In this document: positions 8,073-17,295 of the stretch, one piece after another | Layout of the letters: the number at the start of each line of letters is the position of its first letter | How positions within the stretch are numbered: position 1 is the first letter of the stretch | NCBI GenBank assembly: GCA_030583765.1 | Contig: CP129474.1 | Span: 405,168-469,167 of the forward strand | DNA length: 64,000 nucleotides | From: Minisyncoccota bacterium | GTDB taxonomy: Bacteria > Patescibacteriota > Minisyncoccia > 2-02-FULL-40-12 > GWA2-44-9 | Reading direction: 5' to 3' | The notes under the pieces: generated by a model | The model's input: the letters and a program-made list of their open reading frames with translations, nothing else | What the model was told of the DNA's origin: nothing | The model's database searches: none | Translations under genes and position numbers: made by a program

Positions 8073-9254
8073 TGCGAGCGGGTTCTTCGCTCCATGGACC
8101 TCAAAGTGTAAGTGGCATCCTGTCGACTTTCCCGTTGTTCCCATAAGGGCTATGACATCCCCCTTCTCTACAGTATCGCCAACAGCCACTAGGAGTCGCT
8201 GAGCGTGAGCATAAAGCGTCTCTGTTCCGTTGTTGTGCTGCACCTTAATATATTGGCCAAAACCACCATTATACCCCTCTGCGTCGCTGACAGATACGGT
8301 ACCGCTTGCTGCCGCATGGATGGGGGTGCCACAGGTATTCGCTATATCAACGCCATTGCGTCCATGAACTCTCCCCCAATTGAATCCTATAGTCGGAAGT
8401 TTGAAAAATGAGCCTAAGTCGGGCAGGTATCCAAAACGATTCGTTGCTGAGGCAACGTTTCTCTGTGCACTCATCTTGCCGTCCGGAACGGCAATTTCTT
8501 TACCTATCTGAAGCCTTCCATCACGGGGGATGCCATTAAATGTTATGACAGCGTCCTCAGTAACGCCGTACTTCTTTGCAATGGAGGCGATCGAATCCCC
8601 TTTCTTTACCGTATGCAATACACCAGAAATAGGAGGAATGCGTAGTGTTTGATTTGGCTTTATACTATCGGCATCGCGGAGGTTGTTTGCCCACAAGATT
8701 GATTCTGTAGAGACGCCGAAATCAGAGGCGATGAAAGAAAGAGTGTCCCCCTTTTGGACGCGATATGTAACGGTTCCACTACGTTTTTCAGTGATAAGAG
8801 CTGCGGCATTTTCGTCGGCTGGCGCGACGGTAAGAATTGCGCTCTCGCTAATCATGGCAAGGCTTGGCGATGTGGCGGCCTGCCCACCCCAGCCAGGAAT
8901 CGCCCCAATAGACGATACTGGAGTTTCCTGGGTGACCGTGTGCTCTGGGGACCCAACGAGCGCGGCAAGGTGCGCTTGCGCAAGGCGCAGGGGCTCTTGA
9001 GGGACAAGCGCAAAGCGCTCGCCCTGTGCACTAACCCCCGCGAATGAAAACAGAAGAGCGCTTGCGCCCATAAGTGCAAGAATGGCCTCTTTTTTTGTAC
9101 CGGATGGCACACGAATATCTCGTGTTACGCCCTGGTCCGGCGTGGCGTGCTCAAACGACGAATTGTCGGTGTGAGTATAAATAGTACGTGCGTTACCCTC
9201 TCCCTCTTCGCGTTCTGGTCTGTCGTTTCGTTCATGTGTGGGAAAGAGGCGCAT
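8064..9254 (-). CDS. LysM-domain / M23-family metallo-endopeptidase (cell-wall hydrolase)
   Basis: There are two LysM-like repeats (GDTLSFIASDFGVST..., GDSIASIAKKYGVTED...) and a C-terminal M23 domain (HxxxD...GTTGKSTGCHLHFEV). The track ORF extends to 9569; the ATG at 9254 (MRLFPTHE...) is preferred as the start because of the divergent yraN gene. Confidence 0.8.
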   Translation of the reverse strand: MRLFPTHERNDRPEREEGEGNARTIYTHTDNSSFEHATPDQGVTRDIRVPSGTKKEAILALMGASALLFSFAGVSAQGERFALVPQEPLRLAQAHLAALVGSPEHTVTQETPVSSIGAIPGWGGQAATSPSLAMISESAILTVAPADENAAALITEKRSGTVTYRVQKGDTLSFIASDFGVSTESILWANNLRDADSIKPNQTLRIPPISGVLHTVKKGDSIASIAKKYGVTEDAVITFNGIPRDGRLQIGKEIAVPDGKMSAQRNVASATNRFGYLPDLGSFFKLPTIGFNWGRVHGRNGVDIANTCGTPIHAAASGTVSVSDAEGYNGGFGQYIKVQHNNGTETLYAHAQRLLVAVGDTVEKGDVIALMGTTGKSTGCHLHFEVHGAKNPLAQK

Positions 9255-9323
9255 CTCCCCTAGGAAAACAAAAGCCCCCGTGGGGGGAGAATTGCTCCCG
9301 CCATGGTAGCATATAGGGAGGGT

Positions 9324-9737
9324 ATGCGTCAACGACCTTCGTCCACACGCGGCTTGAGTGAAAATGGGCAAAAAACGAGCGCTTTTGGCAACTACGCAGA
9401 AGATATGGCGGCGCAATTTTTGGTACGCAGGGGCTATGAGGTACTTGCACGCAATTGGCGCCGACCGTGGGGTGAATTGGACATCGTTGCGCGTGTTCGT
9501 GGGCTTCTTGTGTTTGTAGAGGTGAAGGCAGGAAAGGGTGGGGGAGCTGCTTTTGAGCCAGAGCTGCACGTAACTAGAGAAAAGATACAGAAACTACTGC
9601 GAACCGCGCGCACCTACCTTGCGGCACATAACTATAGCCCCGAACAGGAGTGGCAGATTGACGTCATTTCAGTAATGGTAGATGCGCCAGCGCAGAAGGC
9701 GCACATTCGGCACTATAAAAATATAGAAGTAGGGTAG
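9324..9737 (+). CDS. yraN: UPF0102/YraN-family endonuclease-fold protein
   Basis: AEDMAAQFLVRRGYEVLARNWRRPWGELDIVAR...LVFVEVKA matches the YraN signature. The start is ambiguous between 9303, 9324 and 9405. Confidence 0.7.
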   Translation: MRQRPSSTRGLSENGQKTSAFGNYAEDMAAQFLVRRGYEVLARNWRRPWGELDIVARVRGLLVFVEVKAGKGGGAAFEPELHVTREKIQKLLRTARTYLAAHNYSPEQEWQIDVISVMVDAPAQKAHIRHYKNIEVG

Positions 9738-9985
9738 GAGGGCTGGGTGGGTTCGTGAATGCTCGCGCTCCTACTCGCCCTCACCTTATACTAAGGAGCA
9801 ATCCTTACCGTTCGGGCTGCGGGAGGGTAGGATCGGGGGCATGCACAACACTGCGAGAACTAGCTGCGCCGCCAGTAGGGTGGCGACGGCGTGCTGAATC
9901 TTGGGGTGGGGTTTTGCAGAATATACGTTCTACGTGCGCGTTACACACATAGTAAGGCTGACATATATCGTGTACGCTAGGGGAT

Positions 9986-10831
9986 ATGGCAAAGAATGCT
10001 ATTGGTGTACACGTATCAATTGCAGGGGGCATAGAAAATGCTCCTAGTCGTGCGGCAGAAGAAGGGTGCGAAACGTTTCAATGCTTTACGCGCTCTCCTC
10101 AAGGCGGCCCGGTAGCTGAACTCACCAAAGAAACAATTACAGCTTTCCAATCTGCAATGCGCGAGCACGGCTTTTCTCGGTTTGTGGTCCACGCTCCATA
10201 CATTATTAATCTCGCATCTGATACTCCGCGTACGCGCCATGGGTCGGTAAGTATCCTTCGGAAAGAACTTGAGCGCGCCAGCGTACTCGGTGCGCAGTAT
10301 GTCATGTTCCACCCCGGATCCTACGGAGAAGCAACGCTTGAAGAGGGGATGGAGCGAGTAAAAAAGTCGCTCCATGAAATTCTCGATGGCTATACCGGAA
10401 TGACACAACTCCTCATAGAGATCTCGGCTGGTGCGGGACATGTGATGGGCAGCACGTTCCAAGAGGTAGGGGAGATGGTGCGCTCTGTTTCCCGGTTCGA
10501 TGCATTTGGCGGCGTCTGTTTTGATACGTGCCACGCGTTCGCATCGGGGTATGACTTTCGGACGTCAGAAGGCGCAGCGGCAATGCTTTCAGATTTTGAT
10601 ACTCACATTGGATTGCGCTTTTTAAAGATGAGCCACGTGAACGATTCACAAACGCCGCTTGGCGGAAAGAAGGATCGGCACGAACACATAGGCGCCGGGC
10701 ACGTGGGGGAGGATGGAATAAAGACCATTCTTACAACTCCCGCATTCTCTGCGATAGATTGGATTCTCGAAACAGAGCCAGGGGGGAGAGAGGGAGATCT
10801 CAAAAAGCTCAAAGAAATGCGCGAAAAATAA
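9986..10831 (+). CDS. nfo: Endonuclease IV (apurinic/apyrimidinic endonuclease)
   Basis: The IGVHVSIAGG start, FVVHAPYIINLAS, and His/Asp/Glu metal ligands spaced as in the Nfo TIM barrel. Confidence 0.88.
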   Translation: MAKNAIGVHVSIAGGIENAPSRAAEEGCETFQCFTRSPQGGPVAELTKETITAFQSAMREHGFSRFVVHAPYIINLASDTPRTRHGSVSILRKELERASVLGAQYVMFHPGSYGEATLEEGMERVKKSLHEILDGYTGMTQLLIEISAGAGHVMGSTFQEVGEMVRSVSRFDAFGGVCFDTCHAFASGYDFRTSEGAAAMLSDFDTHIGLRFLKMSHVNDSQTPLGGKKDRHEHIGAGHVGEDGIKTILTTPAFSAIDWILETEPGGREGDLKKLKEMREK

Positions 10832-10855
10832 GGGTTTTAGGCGCTTTTGAGGGCC

Positions 10856-10883
10856 TTGACTTTTCATACAGTTTTGCTATAAT
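10856..10883 (+). promoter_or_regulatory. Near-consensus sigma70 promoter (TTGACT, 16-nt spacer, TATAAT) at the start of the high-GC island
   Basis: TTGACT at 10856-10861 and TATAAT at 10878-10883. Confidence 0.55.
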
Positions 10884-10971
10884 ATACACATGCTGAGTGA
10901 GTTCACTTGGCCGCAATTTTAAAACCAATTCCCGCCATTCCGAGAGGGGTGGTACAGCCCAGGAGGGCGCA

Positions 10972-11604
10972 ATGGAGAAGATGCTGAAGTTGTTCGCGGC
11001 CGCGCTGGTCGCGATCCTCTGCGCCCCCGTCTGGGCGCAGGAGGTGTACCCCCGCCACCGCACGGAAGTGCGCGTTGGCGCCGACGTCCGCGTCGGCGAC
11101 GCTCGGTTCCGTGTCGAAGTTCGGCGCGGTGACCGCGATCGTCGCTATGGCTCTCGCTACGAGCGTCGTTCGTGGGAGCGATCCCACTACGATGACCGTT
11201 ATGGCCGCGGCTACTACCCGCCGCCGGAAGTCCGGGTGCTTCGTGCGCCCGTGACGTTCGGTGTCGGGCGGCCGGACGACCGCCGTGAGGTGGTCAGCGT
11301 TCCGCAGCCCACCGCCCCCCGCACCCCACGCGTCGAAGAAGCGCGAGAGCAGGACGCTCCCCGCTACAAGATGAAGGCGGGGGAGGTGTTCCTCACCAAC
11401 GAGACGTCGTGTCTCGTGGTGGTGAAGAACAACAGGCTCCAGGTCTCGAGAACGTTCGAATCGGGCGCCGGGACCATCGTCGTTGGGTGGGAGCTTGCGG
11501 ACCTGTCCGCGTTCGCCTACGACGGAGAGACGAAGAAGTACTATCCGATGGAGATCATCTTCTCGGATTCCGGTCCGGCGAAGTACCGGATCGTGGCGCA
11601 GTAG
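10972..11604 (+). CDS. Secreted Arg/Gly/Tyr-rich hypothetical protein (signal peptide MEKMLKLFAAALVAILCAPVWAQ)
   Basis: An AGGAGG RBS lies 7 nt upstream of ATG 10972. The sequence has about 66% GC with strong GC3 codon bias, unlike its neighbours. The track ORF 10897 uses an upstream GTG. Confidence 0.55.
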   Translation: MEKMLKLFAAALVAILCAPVWAQEVYPRHRTEVRVGADVRVGDARFRVEVRRGDRDRRYGSRYERRSWERSHYDDRYGRGYYPPPEVRVLRAPVTFGVGRPDDRREVVSVPQPTAPRTPRVEEAREQDAPRYKMKAGEVFLTNETSCLVVVKNNRLQVSRTFESGAGTIVVGWELADLSAFAYDGETKKYYPMEIIFSDSGPAKYRIVAQ

Positions 11605-11628
11605 ATAGGGCTAGGGAGGCCTGAGATC

Positions 11629-12051
11629 ATGAGCGATTCGACCCGTAACATTCTGATCGCCGTTGCCGTCGGTTTGCTGGTTCTGGCGATCGCGTTCTGG
11701 TTCTTCGGGGGCTCCAGCTGCCCGGAGAAGGGATGCAGGGACTACGGTGGCCTGTCCATTGCCCGCATCCAGCCCGTCAACGACGGCGAGGCACTGGCCG
11801 TGGCCGCTGCTCAGCTGGCAACCGCCGAAGATCGCCACGCGAAGGCGATTGCCGTCGAGACCGCGAAGGCTCGCGCCGAAGCGGATCGCGACAAGGCGGC
11901 GTTCCTCCTGCGCTTCATGGAGAAGCAGCAGGAAGCCGCCGAGCAGTCCGCGAGGAGGGCGGACGAGGCGATCGCCATCTCGGCGGGTGGACTGGCTGGC
12001 CGTCGCCGCGGCATCCCCTGCGGGCAGGATCGTTTTCTGCCCTGCAGGTAG
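11629..12051 (+). CDS. Hypothetical membrane-anchored protein (N-terminal TM, Ala/Glu/Arg-rich coiled-coil-like tail, Cys pairs)
   Basis: An ATG start follows a GGGAGG RBS. It shares the high-GC/GC3 skew of the preceding gene. The multiple overlapping alternative-frame ORFs here are GC artefacts. Confidence 0.5.
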   Translation: MSDSTRNILIAVAVGLLVLAIAFWFFGGSSCPEKGCRDYGGLSIARIQPVNDGEALAVAAAQLATAEDRHAKAIAVETAKARAEADRDKAAFLLRFMEKQQEAAEQSARRADEAIAISAGGLAGRRRGIPCGQDRFLPCR

Positions 12052-12102
12052 CACTGACCCCTCCTTCGCACACATACGTTGTGTAGCGGAGGAGGGACGA
12101 AG

Positions 12103-12159
12103 GTCCCGTGTGAGCTGAGTGGTTTTACCACCGCGCTCCACGGGCCTTTTATTTTTTTT
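12103..12159 (+). terminator. Hairpin (CCCGTG...CACGGG) followed by TTTTATTTTTTTT; the terminator that closes the high-GC island
   Basis: Read directly from the sequence. The loop is long (about 28 nt), so strength is uncertain. Confidence 0.4.
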
Positions 12160-12182
12160 CATACTCATGCCACAATGCATAC

Positions 12183-12653
12183 ATGCAGATAACGACCCAC
12201 TCAGCGCAGGAAACACAAGCGGTGGCGGCGCGTATTCTTGCCTCTCTTGATGCACTTCCTTCTTCTGGCAGTGCCCTGGTGATTCGCTTGGAAGGGGATT
12301 TGGGTGCTGGAAAGACGACCTTTGTGCAGGGGCTTGTGCGTGCCATGGGCGTTACCGATGCGGTGCGAAGCCCTACGTTTGTACTTATGAAGCGCTACCC
12401 ACGCCAGGGTGCGCGTGATGTGGTGCACATGGACTGCTATCGCATTCATCGTCCTGATGAAGTTGCTTCGCTCGATTTGCCCAGTCTTTTTACCGACCCT
12501 GATGTCCTCATGCTCATTGAGTGGCCAGAGCGCATCGCCGATATATTGCCATCATCGACGCTTACCATTTCACTTGCCCATGCAGGGGGAGATGCACGCA
12601 CTATCACTATTCCCGACGAGCTCTCCCAAGGCATGGAAAATAGTGTAAGCTAG
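12183..12653 (+). CDS. tsaE: tRNA threonylcarbamoyladenosine biosynthesis protein TsaE (YjeE ATPase)
   Basis: EGDLGAGKTTFVQG Walker A and SPTFVLMKRY, the typical TsaE motifs. Confidence 0.85.
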   Translation: MQITTHSAQETQAVAARILASLDALPSSGSALVIRLEGDLGAGKTTFVQGLVRAMGVTDAVRSPTFVLMKRYPRQGARDVVHMDCYRIHRPDEVASLDLPSLFTDPDVLMLIEWPERIADILPSSTLTISLAHAGGDARTITIPDELSQGMENSVS

Positions 12654-12659
12654 CCATAT

Positions 12660-15260
12660 ATGCGAAAGCTTGTTCTCATTGATGGAAATGCTCTGGTGCA
12701 CCGAGCATTTCATGCGCTTCCGCCTCTTACGGCGCCCGACGGCCGCGTGACCAATGCGGTGTTTGGGGTTGCTTCTATTTTGATCCGTATGATTGCGGAT
12801 GTGCGCCCTACGCACATCATCGCCACGTTCGACCGCCCAGAGCCGACATTCCGCCACGAGCAGTTTACGGAATATAAAGCACATCGAGAGAAGGCTCCTG
12901 ACGAACTTTACGCGCAGATCCCGCTCGTGCAGGAACTGATGGAGGCTATGGGCATTCCCGTGCTCCAAGCCCCCGGGTTTGAGGCTGACGACATCATCGG
13001 AACTCTCGTGCATCAACTCGAGAATGAAGAGGACATGCAGATTGTGATTGCGACAGGAGACTTAGATACTCTTCAGCTAGTGAAGGGGGAGCGTGTTGTA
13101 GTGCTTACACCTAAAAAGGGTCTTGGTGAAACGGCGCAGTATGACGAAAAGGCTGTACACGCTCGATTCGGCATTACCCCTGACCAAGTCCCTGATTTTA
13201 AAGGATTAAAAGGGGACCCTTCAGATAACATTCCCGGCGTGCCGGGTATCGGAGACAAAACCGCGTCAGCGCTCTTGGGAGCGTATGAAACGGTTGAGGG
13301 TGTCATTGAGGCGGCGACCACATTTGAGAAGGGGGCTAAAAAGGAGAAGAAAAAAGGCATCCTGACAGAGAAGCTGGCTGAGAAACTGGTGCTCCACGCA
13401 GATGAAGCTCGCTTTTCGCGAGAACTCGCGACGATTCGCACCGACGCACCCGTGTCGTGCTCGCTCGAGAGCGCCTTGTGGCGGGAGCGAGCAGATGCCG
13501 CAAAGGCCCGCGCGCTTGTTGAGGGGCTTGGGTTCCGTTCGCTCGTGCGACGCGTCGAAGAGCTCTTCCAAGATCCAACAGAAGCAGTAGATGAGCAGCC
13601 TGCAGAGGCGTTAGAGCTTTTTCCGGCGCAGGCATCGGGAAGCCTTTCTGATCTCACGCTTGGTAGTGTGATTGCGGTGATGCCAGGGGGTCCTGACGTG
13701 TGGGCTATGACAGAGGACGGTATTCCTGTGCGTGTCCCAGAAGAAAAAGTTGGGGAGCTTACTCCCTTTCTGGAAAAGGCGCCGCGTATTGTAGGGTACG
13801 ACATTAAAGAGATACTCCATCGAGTGCGTGCAGCTGGTCTTAAAGCGCTCCCCCGTGCGCCTCTCTTTGATACGCATATTGCGGCGTGGCTATGCGCTCC
13901 TGATGTGCGCGCCCACGATCTCCCGAGTGTTCTTCGTACACATCTCCGCAAAGAAGTCGGGGAGGAGGCGCTGAGCGAACAGTGTGCGTTGCTTTTTGAC
14001 CTTTCTCTAGCGCTTGAGCGCGCGCTCGCCACTGCAAAGATAGAGCATATCTACACAGATCTGGAAGCCCCACTCATTCCCGTGCTTGAGCACATGGAGG
14101 AGCGGGGCATTTTGGTGGACAAAGCGGTAGTTGAATTGTTGCGCAAAAAATCCCAGAAAGAACGGGATGATCTTTCAAGAGATATTTTTAAACTCGCAGG
14201 AGAAGAATTTAATATTAATTCGTCACAGCAGATGGCGAAAATCTTGTATGAAAAACTGGCGCTGGGAGGAAAGATTAAAAAAACGAGCACGGGACGCGCC
14301 TCAACTGCAGCGGGGGAGCTTGAGAAACTTCTCGGGAGTCACCCTATTATCGAAAAGATTCTCGACTATCGAGAACTTGAAAAACTCATTTCGACATACA
14401 TTGAGCCATTTCCAGCGCTCATAGCTGCCGATGGCCGCATCCATACGACGTATAATCAAACTGTGGCGGCAACGGGAAGGCTTTCGTCGCAAGACCCCAA
14501 CCTGCAGAACATTCCCACGCGCACTGCGCTTGGCCGCGAATTCCGAAAAGCTTTTGTTCCCGCCCCGGGGAGCGTATTGGTTTCGTGTGACTACTCACAG
14601 CTTGAGCTGCGCCTGGCGGCACACATTGCCGAAGATCCGGTCATGATCGAAGCCTTCCGCACTGGACAAGACATTCATGCCCGCACTGCGGCAACTATTT
14701 TTAAAGTTCCCCTTGAAGAAGTAACAAAAGACATGCGTCGCCAGGCAAAAGTGCTCAACTTTGGCATTCTCTACGGTATGGGTTCTCTTGGGTTTGCGCG
14801 CGCCGCGGGGGTCGACCGCGCAACCGCAACCGCGTTTATTGAGCAGTATTTTAAGGAATTTGCCGGCGTTGCGCGTTATGTAGAGCGCATGCATACCCAG
14901 GCACGCGAAGAGGGGTACGTTGCGACACTCTGGGGGCGCAAGCGCTTTACGCCAGATGCGCGTGCAACATTTCCTCAGATGCGCGCTCAAGCCGAACGCA
15001 TTGCGGTGAACCATCCGCTCCAGGGGACAAATGCAGACCTTATTAAAAAGGCAATGATTCAAATAGAGAGCGAGCTTCCAGGATACATGCTTCTCCAGGT
15101 GCATGATGAGCTCGTCTTTGAGCTCCCGAGGGATCGCGTTCTCGAGCTGGCGGGCCGCGCACGCACTATTATGGAATCAGTGGCCAAGCTCTCGGTACCT
15201 TTGGTTGTTGATGTATCCAGCGGCTCTTCGTGGGGCGACCTTGAACCGCTTTCGTTGTAA
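12660..15260 (+). CDS. polA: DNA polymerase I
   Basis: A 5'-3' exonuclease N-terminal domain with GDKTASALLG helix-hairpin-helix, and polymerase motifs A (DYSQLELRLAAHIA), B (RRQAKVLNFGILYG) and C (QVHDELVFE). Confidence 0.95.
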   Translation: MRKLVLIDGNALVHRAFHALPPLTAPDGRVTNAVFGVASILIRMIADVRPTHIIATFDRPEPTFRHEQFTEYKAHREKAPDELYAQIPLVQELMEAMGIPVLQAPGFEADDIIGTLVHQLENEEDMQIVIATGDLDTLQLVKGERVVVLTPKKGLGETAQYDEKAVHARFGITPDQVPDFKGLKGDPSDNIPGVPGIGDKTASALLGAYETVEGVIEAATTFEKGAKKEKKKGILTEKLAEKLVLHADEARFSRELATIRTDAPVSCSLESALWRERADAAKARALVEGLGFRSLVRRVEELFQDPTEAVDEQPAEALELFPAQASGSLSDLTLGSVIAVMPGGPDVWAMTEDGIPVRVPEEKVGELTPFLEKAPRIVGYDIKEILHRVRAAGLKALPRAPLFDTHIAAWLCAPDVRAHDLPSVLRTHLRKEVGEEALSEQCALLFDLSLALERALATAKIEHIYTDLEAPLIPVLEHMEERGILVDKAVVELLRKKSQKERDDLSRDIFKLAGEEFNINSSQQMAKILYEKLALGGKIKKTSTGRASTAAGELEKLLGSHPIIEKILDYRELEKLISTYIEPFPALIAADGRIHTTYNQTVAATGRLSSQDPNLQNIPTRTALGREFRKAFVPAPGSVLVSCDYSQLELRLAAHIAEDPVMIEAFRTGQDIHARTAATIFKVPLEEVTKDMRRQAKVLNFGILYGMGSLGFARAAGVDRATATAFIEQYFKEFAGVARYVERMHTQAREEGYVATLWGRKRFTPDARATFPQMRAQAERIAVNHPLQGTNADLIKKAMIQIESELPGYMLLQVHDELVFELPRDRVLELAGRARTIMESVAKLSVPLVVDVSSGSSWGDLEPLSL

Positions 15261-15263
15261 TCC

Positions 15264-16263
15264 CATGTATACGTTCTTACCTCCATGGATTCGGGGCTGG
15301 AAAGGCATTGCGCTCTTGGGCTGCCTTTTCGCCGTTGGTATATTTTTCTTGTTTTTCAACTCTACCGCCATTCCTATTTTGGGGGGAGGAGGGGGTGGCA
15401 CTGTGCGCTCAGAGAGCACTGCGTGCACTACCGCGCGGCCATGGGCGGTGATGCTTTCAGGCGATGTGATAACGCGACCCCTCTCGGGCATTGCGTCAGC
15501 GAGTATGGTCTTTGAAATGCCGGTAACACCAAATGGCGTTACGCGAACGATGGCAATTTTTTGCAACCTTCCAGAGCGCATCGGCTCGGTGCGCTCGGTG
15601 CGTGCCGAGTTCGTGCCGCTTGTGGCGGCGACGCACAGCATTCTCGTACACTGGGGAGGTGAGGCGGGGGCTTTAGAGCTGGTGCGCGAGCAGAAGCTCG
15701 ATCGGGTTGATGGGATGCTCTATGATGGGACATATTTTACGCGCTCAAAGAGCGTGCCGGCGCCCCACAATGGCTTTACGGGCAGGACGCTTCTGGTGAA
15801 GGCGGTAGAGCGGCTAGGGGTACCTACATTAGGGGCTCTTAAAGATTTCCCGCGTGGGGACGTTGCCCCTACAAAGAAGCTGGGAAGTATTGTGTCGCGT
15901 ATCGATATTCCGTTTCTCCCGCCCTTTGACGTCTCTTGGACATATGACCCACAGACGCAACGCTACGCGCGCATGCGCAACGGGACCCCAGAGATTGATG
16001 TGCGCAACAACGCCGCCGTCTCCGCAGATGTTGTAGTAGTGGTGCGTGCTCCCGCAGAGCAATTGCGTGACCAGTATCTCTCCATCGCTCTTTCTGGGGA
16101 GCGTCAGGCGACGATATATCAAAAGGGGGCAGTCATGAGCGCGACATGGAGCTTGCGTGATGGGGCGCTTGTGTTGCAGGGTGCGAGTGGCGACCCTATT
16201 ACCATCCAGCACGGAGTCGTCTGGGTGCATATTGTACCCGAAGGCATTGCGAGCACGCTATGA
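15264..16263 (+). CDS. DUF3048-domain (YerB-like) secreted/lipoprotein-like protein
   Basis: PWAVMLSGDVITRPLSGIASASMVFEMPVTPNGVTRTMAIFCN resembles the DUF3048 N-terminal signature. The ATG at 15264 lies just after the polA stop; the track ORF 15103 overlaps polA out of frame. Confidence 0.55.
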
Positions 16264-17261
16264 TTATTGCATTCTTTGGAACTGATAGTTATCGAATCAC
16301 CCGTGCGGTAGGCGATGTGATTCGTGCGCATGAGAAAAAGCATCCACATCACGGTGGAGTTCTGACTTGCGATTTTTCATCAGAAGAGGGGGTCCGTCTT
16401 GCGCACGATGCGCTACAGACAACCTCGCTTTTTGGGGGCGTTCGCTTGGTGCGTTTTCCTCCGGTGGCAGGGAAAAAAGACCTCGTTCATGTGGCCACTA
16501 AGCTTTTGAGTGATTTCCGCCTAAGCGAGGTGCGTGATGTTGTTGTGATCATAGCCGAGCAATCGGAAGAGGCTGCACTGCGCAAAGAACATCCTGCGTA
16601 TGCAGCAGCGCTCAAGGGGGCGCAGCTGGTAAAGACGTTCGCATTACCTCCTGCAGCACGCATGGAGACGTGGGTGCGTCAGGAGTGTGCCATACGCGGG
16701 CTGCAGATAGGTCCTGATGCGGCGCGAGCCCTCATCGAGCGTCGGGGAGTTGATCCATGGGCTCTTGCACACGAGATTGACAAATTGCAGAATTATGTCA
16801 ATAATAGTGAGGTTTTGCGGGCGGATATTGACGCCCTCATTTCCCCTTCGGTATCAGAAAATGCCTTTGCACTCCTTGACGATGTAGCCGATGGGAGAGT
16901 CGATAGCGCCCTTGCACGCTGTACGCGTCTTTTATCTGGCGGCGAGGACCCGCTTCGACTCTTAGGGTTACTTGCGCATCATGTGCGCACAACGATCATT
17001 ATTGGAGACCTTGCTCGTCGAGGGAGTCCTCCGGAGCGCATTGCTCGTGATGCTGGGATTCATCCATTTGTAGTGCGTAAATCCTACGCACGAGCTACGC
17101 GTATTCCGCAGGAGTACGGCGCCCGTTTGATGGAATTACTTGCTCGAGTAGATCGGGCGTTGAAAGAGGGGGGAGGAGCAGGGGTTGATGAGCTCGCTCG
17201 TATTACATTGCATGCTGCCACATTATCTCCACATCGGAAGCGCGCAGGATCTTTCGCATAA
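16260..17261 (+). CDS. DNA polymerase III delta subunit-like protein
   Basis: Its size, position (overlapping the previous stop), and a C-terminal helical region (ALLDDVADGRVDSALARCTRLLSGGEDPLRLLGLLAHHVR) are typical of HolA. The assignment is tentative. Confidence 0.5.
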   Translation: MIIAFFGTDSYRITRAVGDVIRAHEKKHPHHGGVLTCDFSSEEGVRLAHDALQTTSLFGGVRLVRFPPVAGKKDLVHVATKLLSDFRLSEVRDVVVIIAEQSEEAALRKEHPAYAAALKGAQLVKTFALPPAARMETWVRQECAIRGLQIGPDAARALIERRGVDPWALAHEIDKLQNYVNNSEVLRADIDALISPSVSENAFALLDDVADGRVDSALARCTRLLSGGEDPLRLLGLLAHHVRTTIIIGDLARRGSPPERIARDAGIHPFVVRKSYARATRIPQEYGARLMELLARVDRALKEGGGAGVDELARITLHAATLSPHRKRAGSFA

Positions 17262-17295
17262 TCGTCGCGCGTATTGGACGTATCGCGCCCTGGAA

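Noticed and set aside
7868-8146. Short ORFs (7868-8104 minus, 7931-8146 plus)
   Set aside because: They are entirely composed of the GTGACAC repeat array and the terminator (H/C/V/T-rich nonsense).
8683-9112. Plus- and minus-strand ORFs of 86-105 aa inside the LysM/M23 peptidase gene
   Set aside because: They overlap a gene with strong domain evidence on the other strand or frame. Shadow ORFs.
11611-12255. Multiple long overlapping ORFs (11611-12255 minus, 11663-12118, 11733-12086, 11811-12131 and others)
   Set aside because: All lie in the 66% GC island, where stop codons are rare in every frame. Their products are Arg/Pro/Ala-rich nonsense. Only the two ATG-initiated, RBS-preceded ORFs are kept.
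13073-14032. 319-aa minus-strand ORF inside polA
   Set aside because: Antisense to a highly conserved polA segment, with a Ser/Ala/Arg-rich low-complexity product. Shadow ORF.
12660-15260. Considered calling PolI proofreading-deficient (no obvious FDTE-type Exo I motif in the central region)
   Set aside because: I cannot align the 3'-5' exonuclease motifs reliably by eye. Left as an open point rather than a finding.
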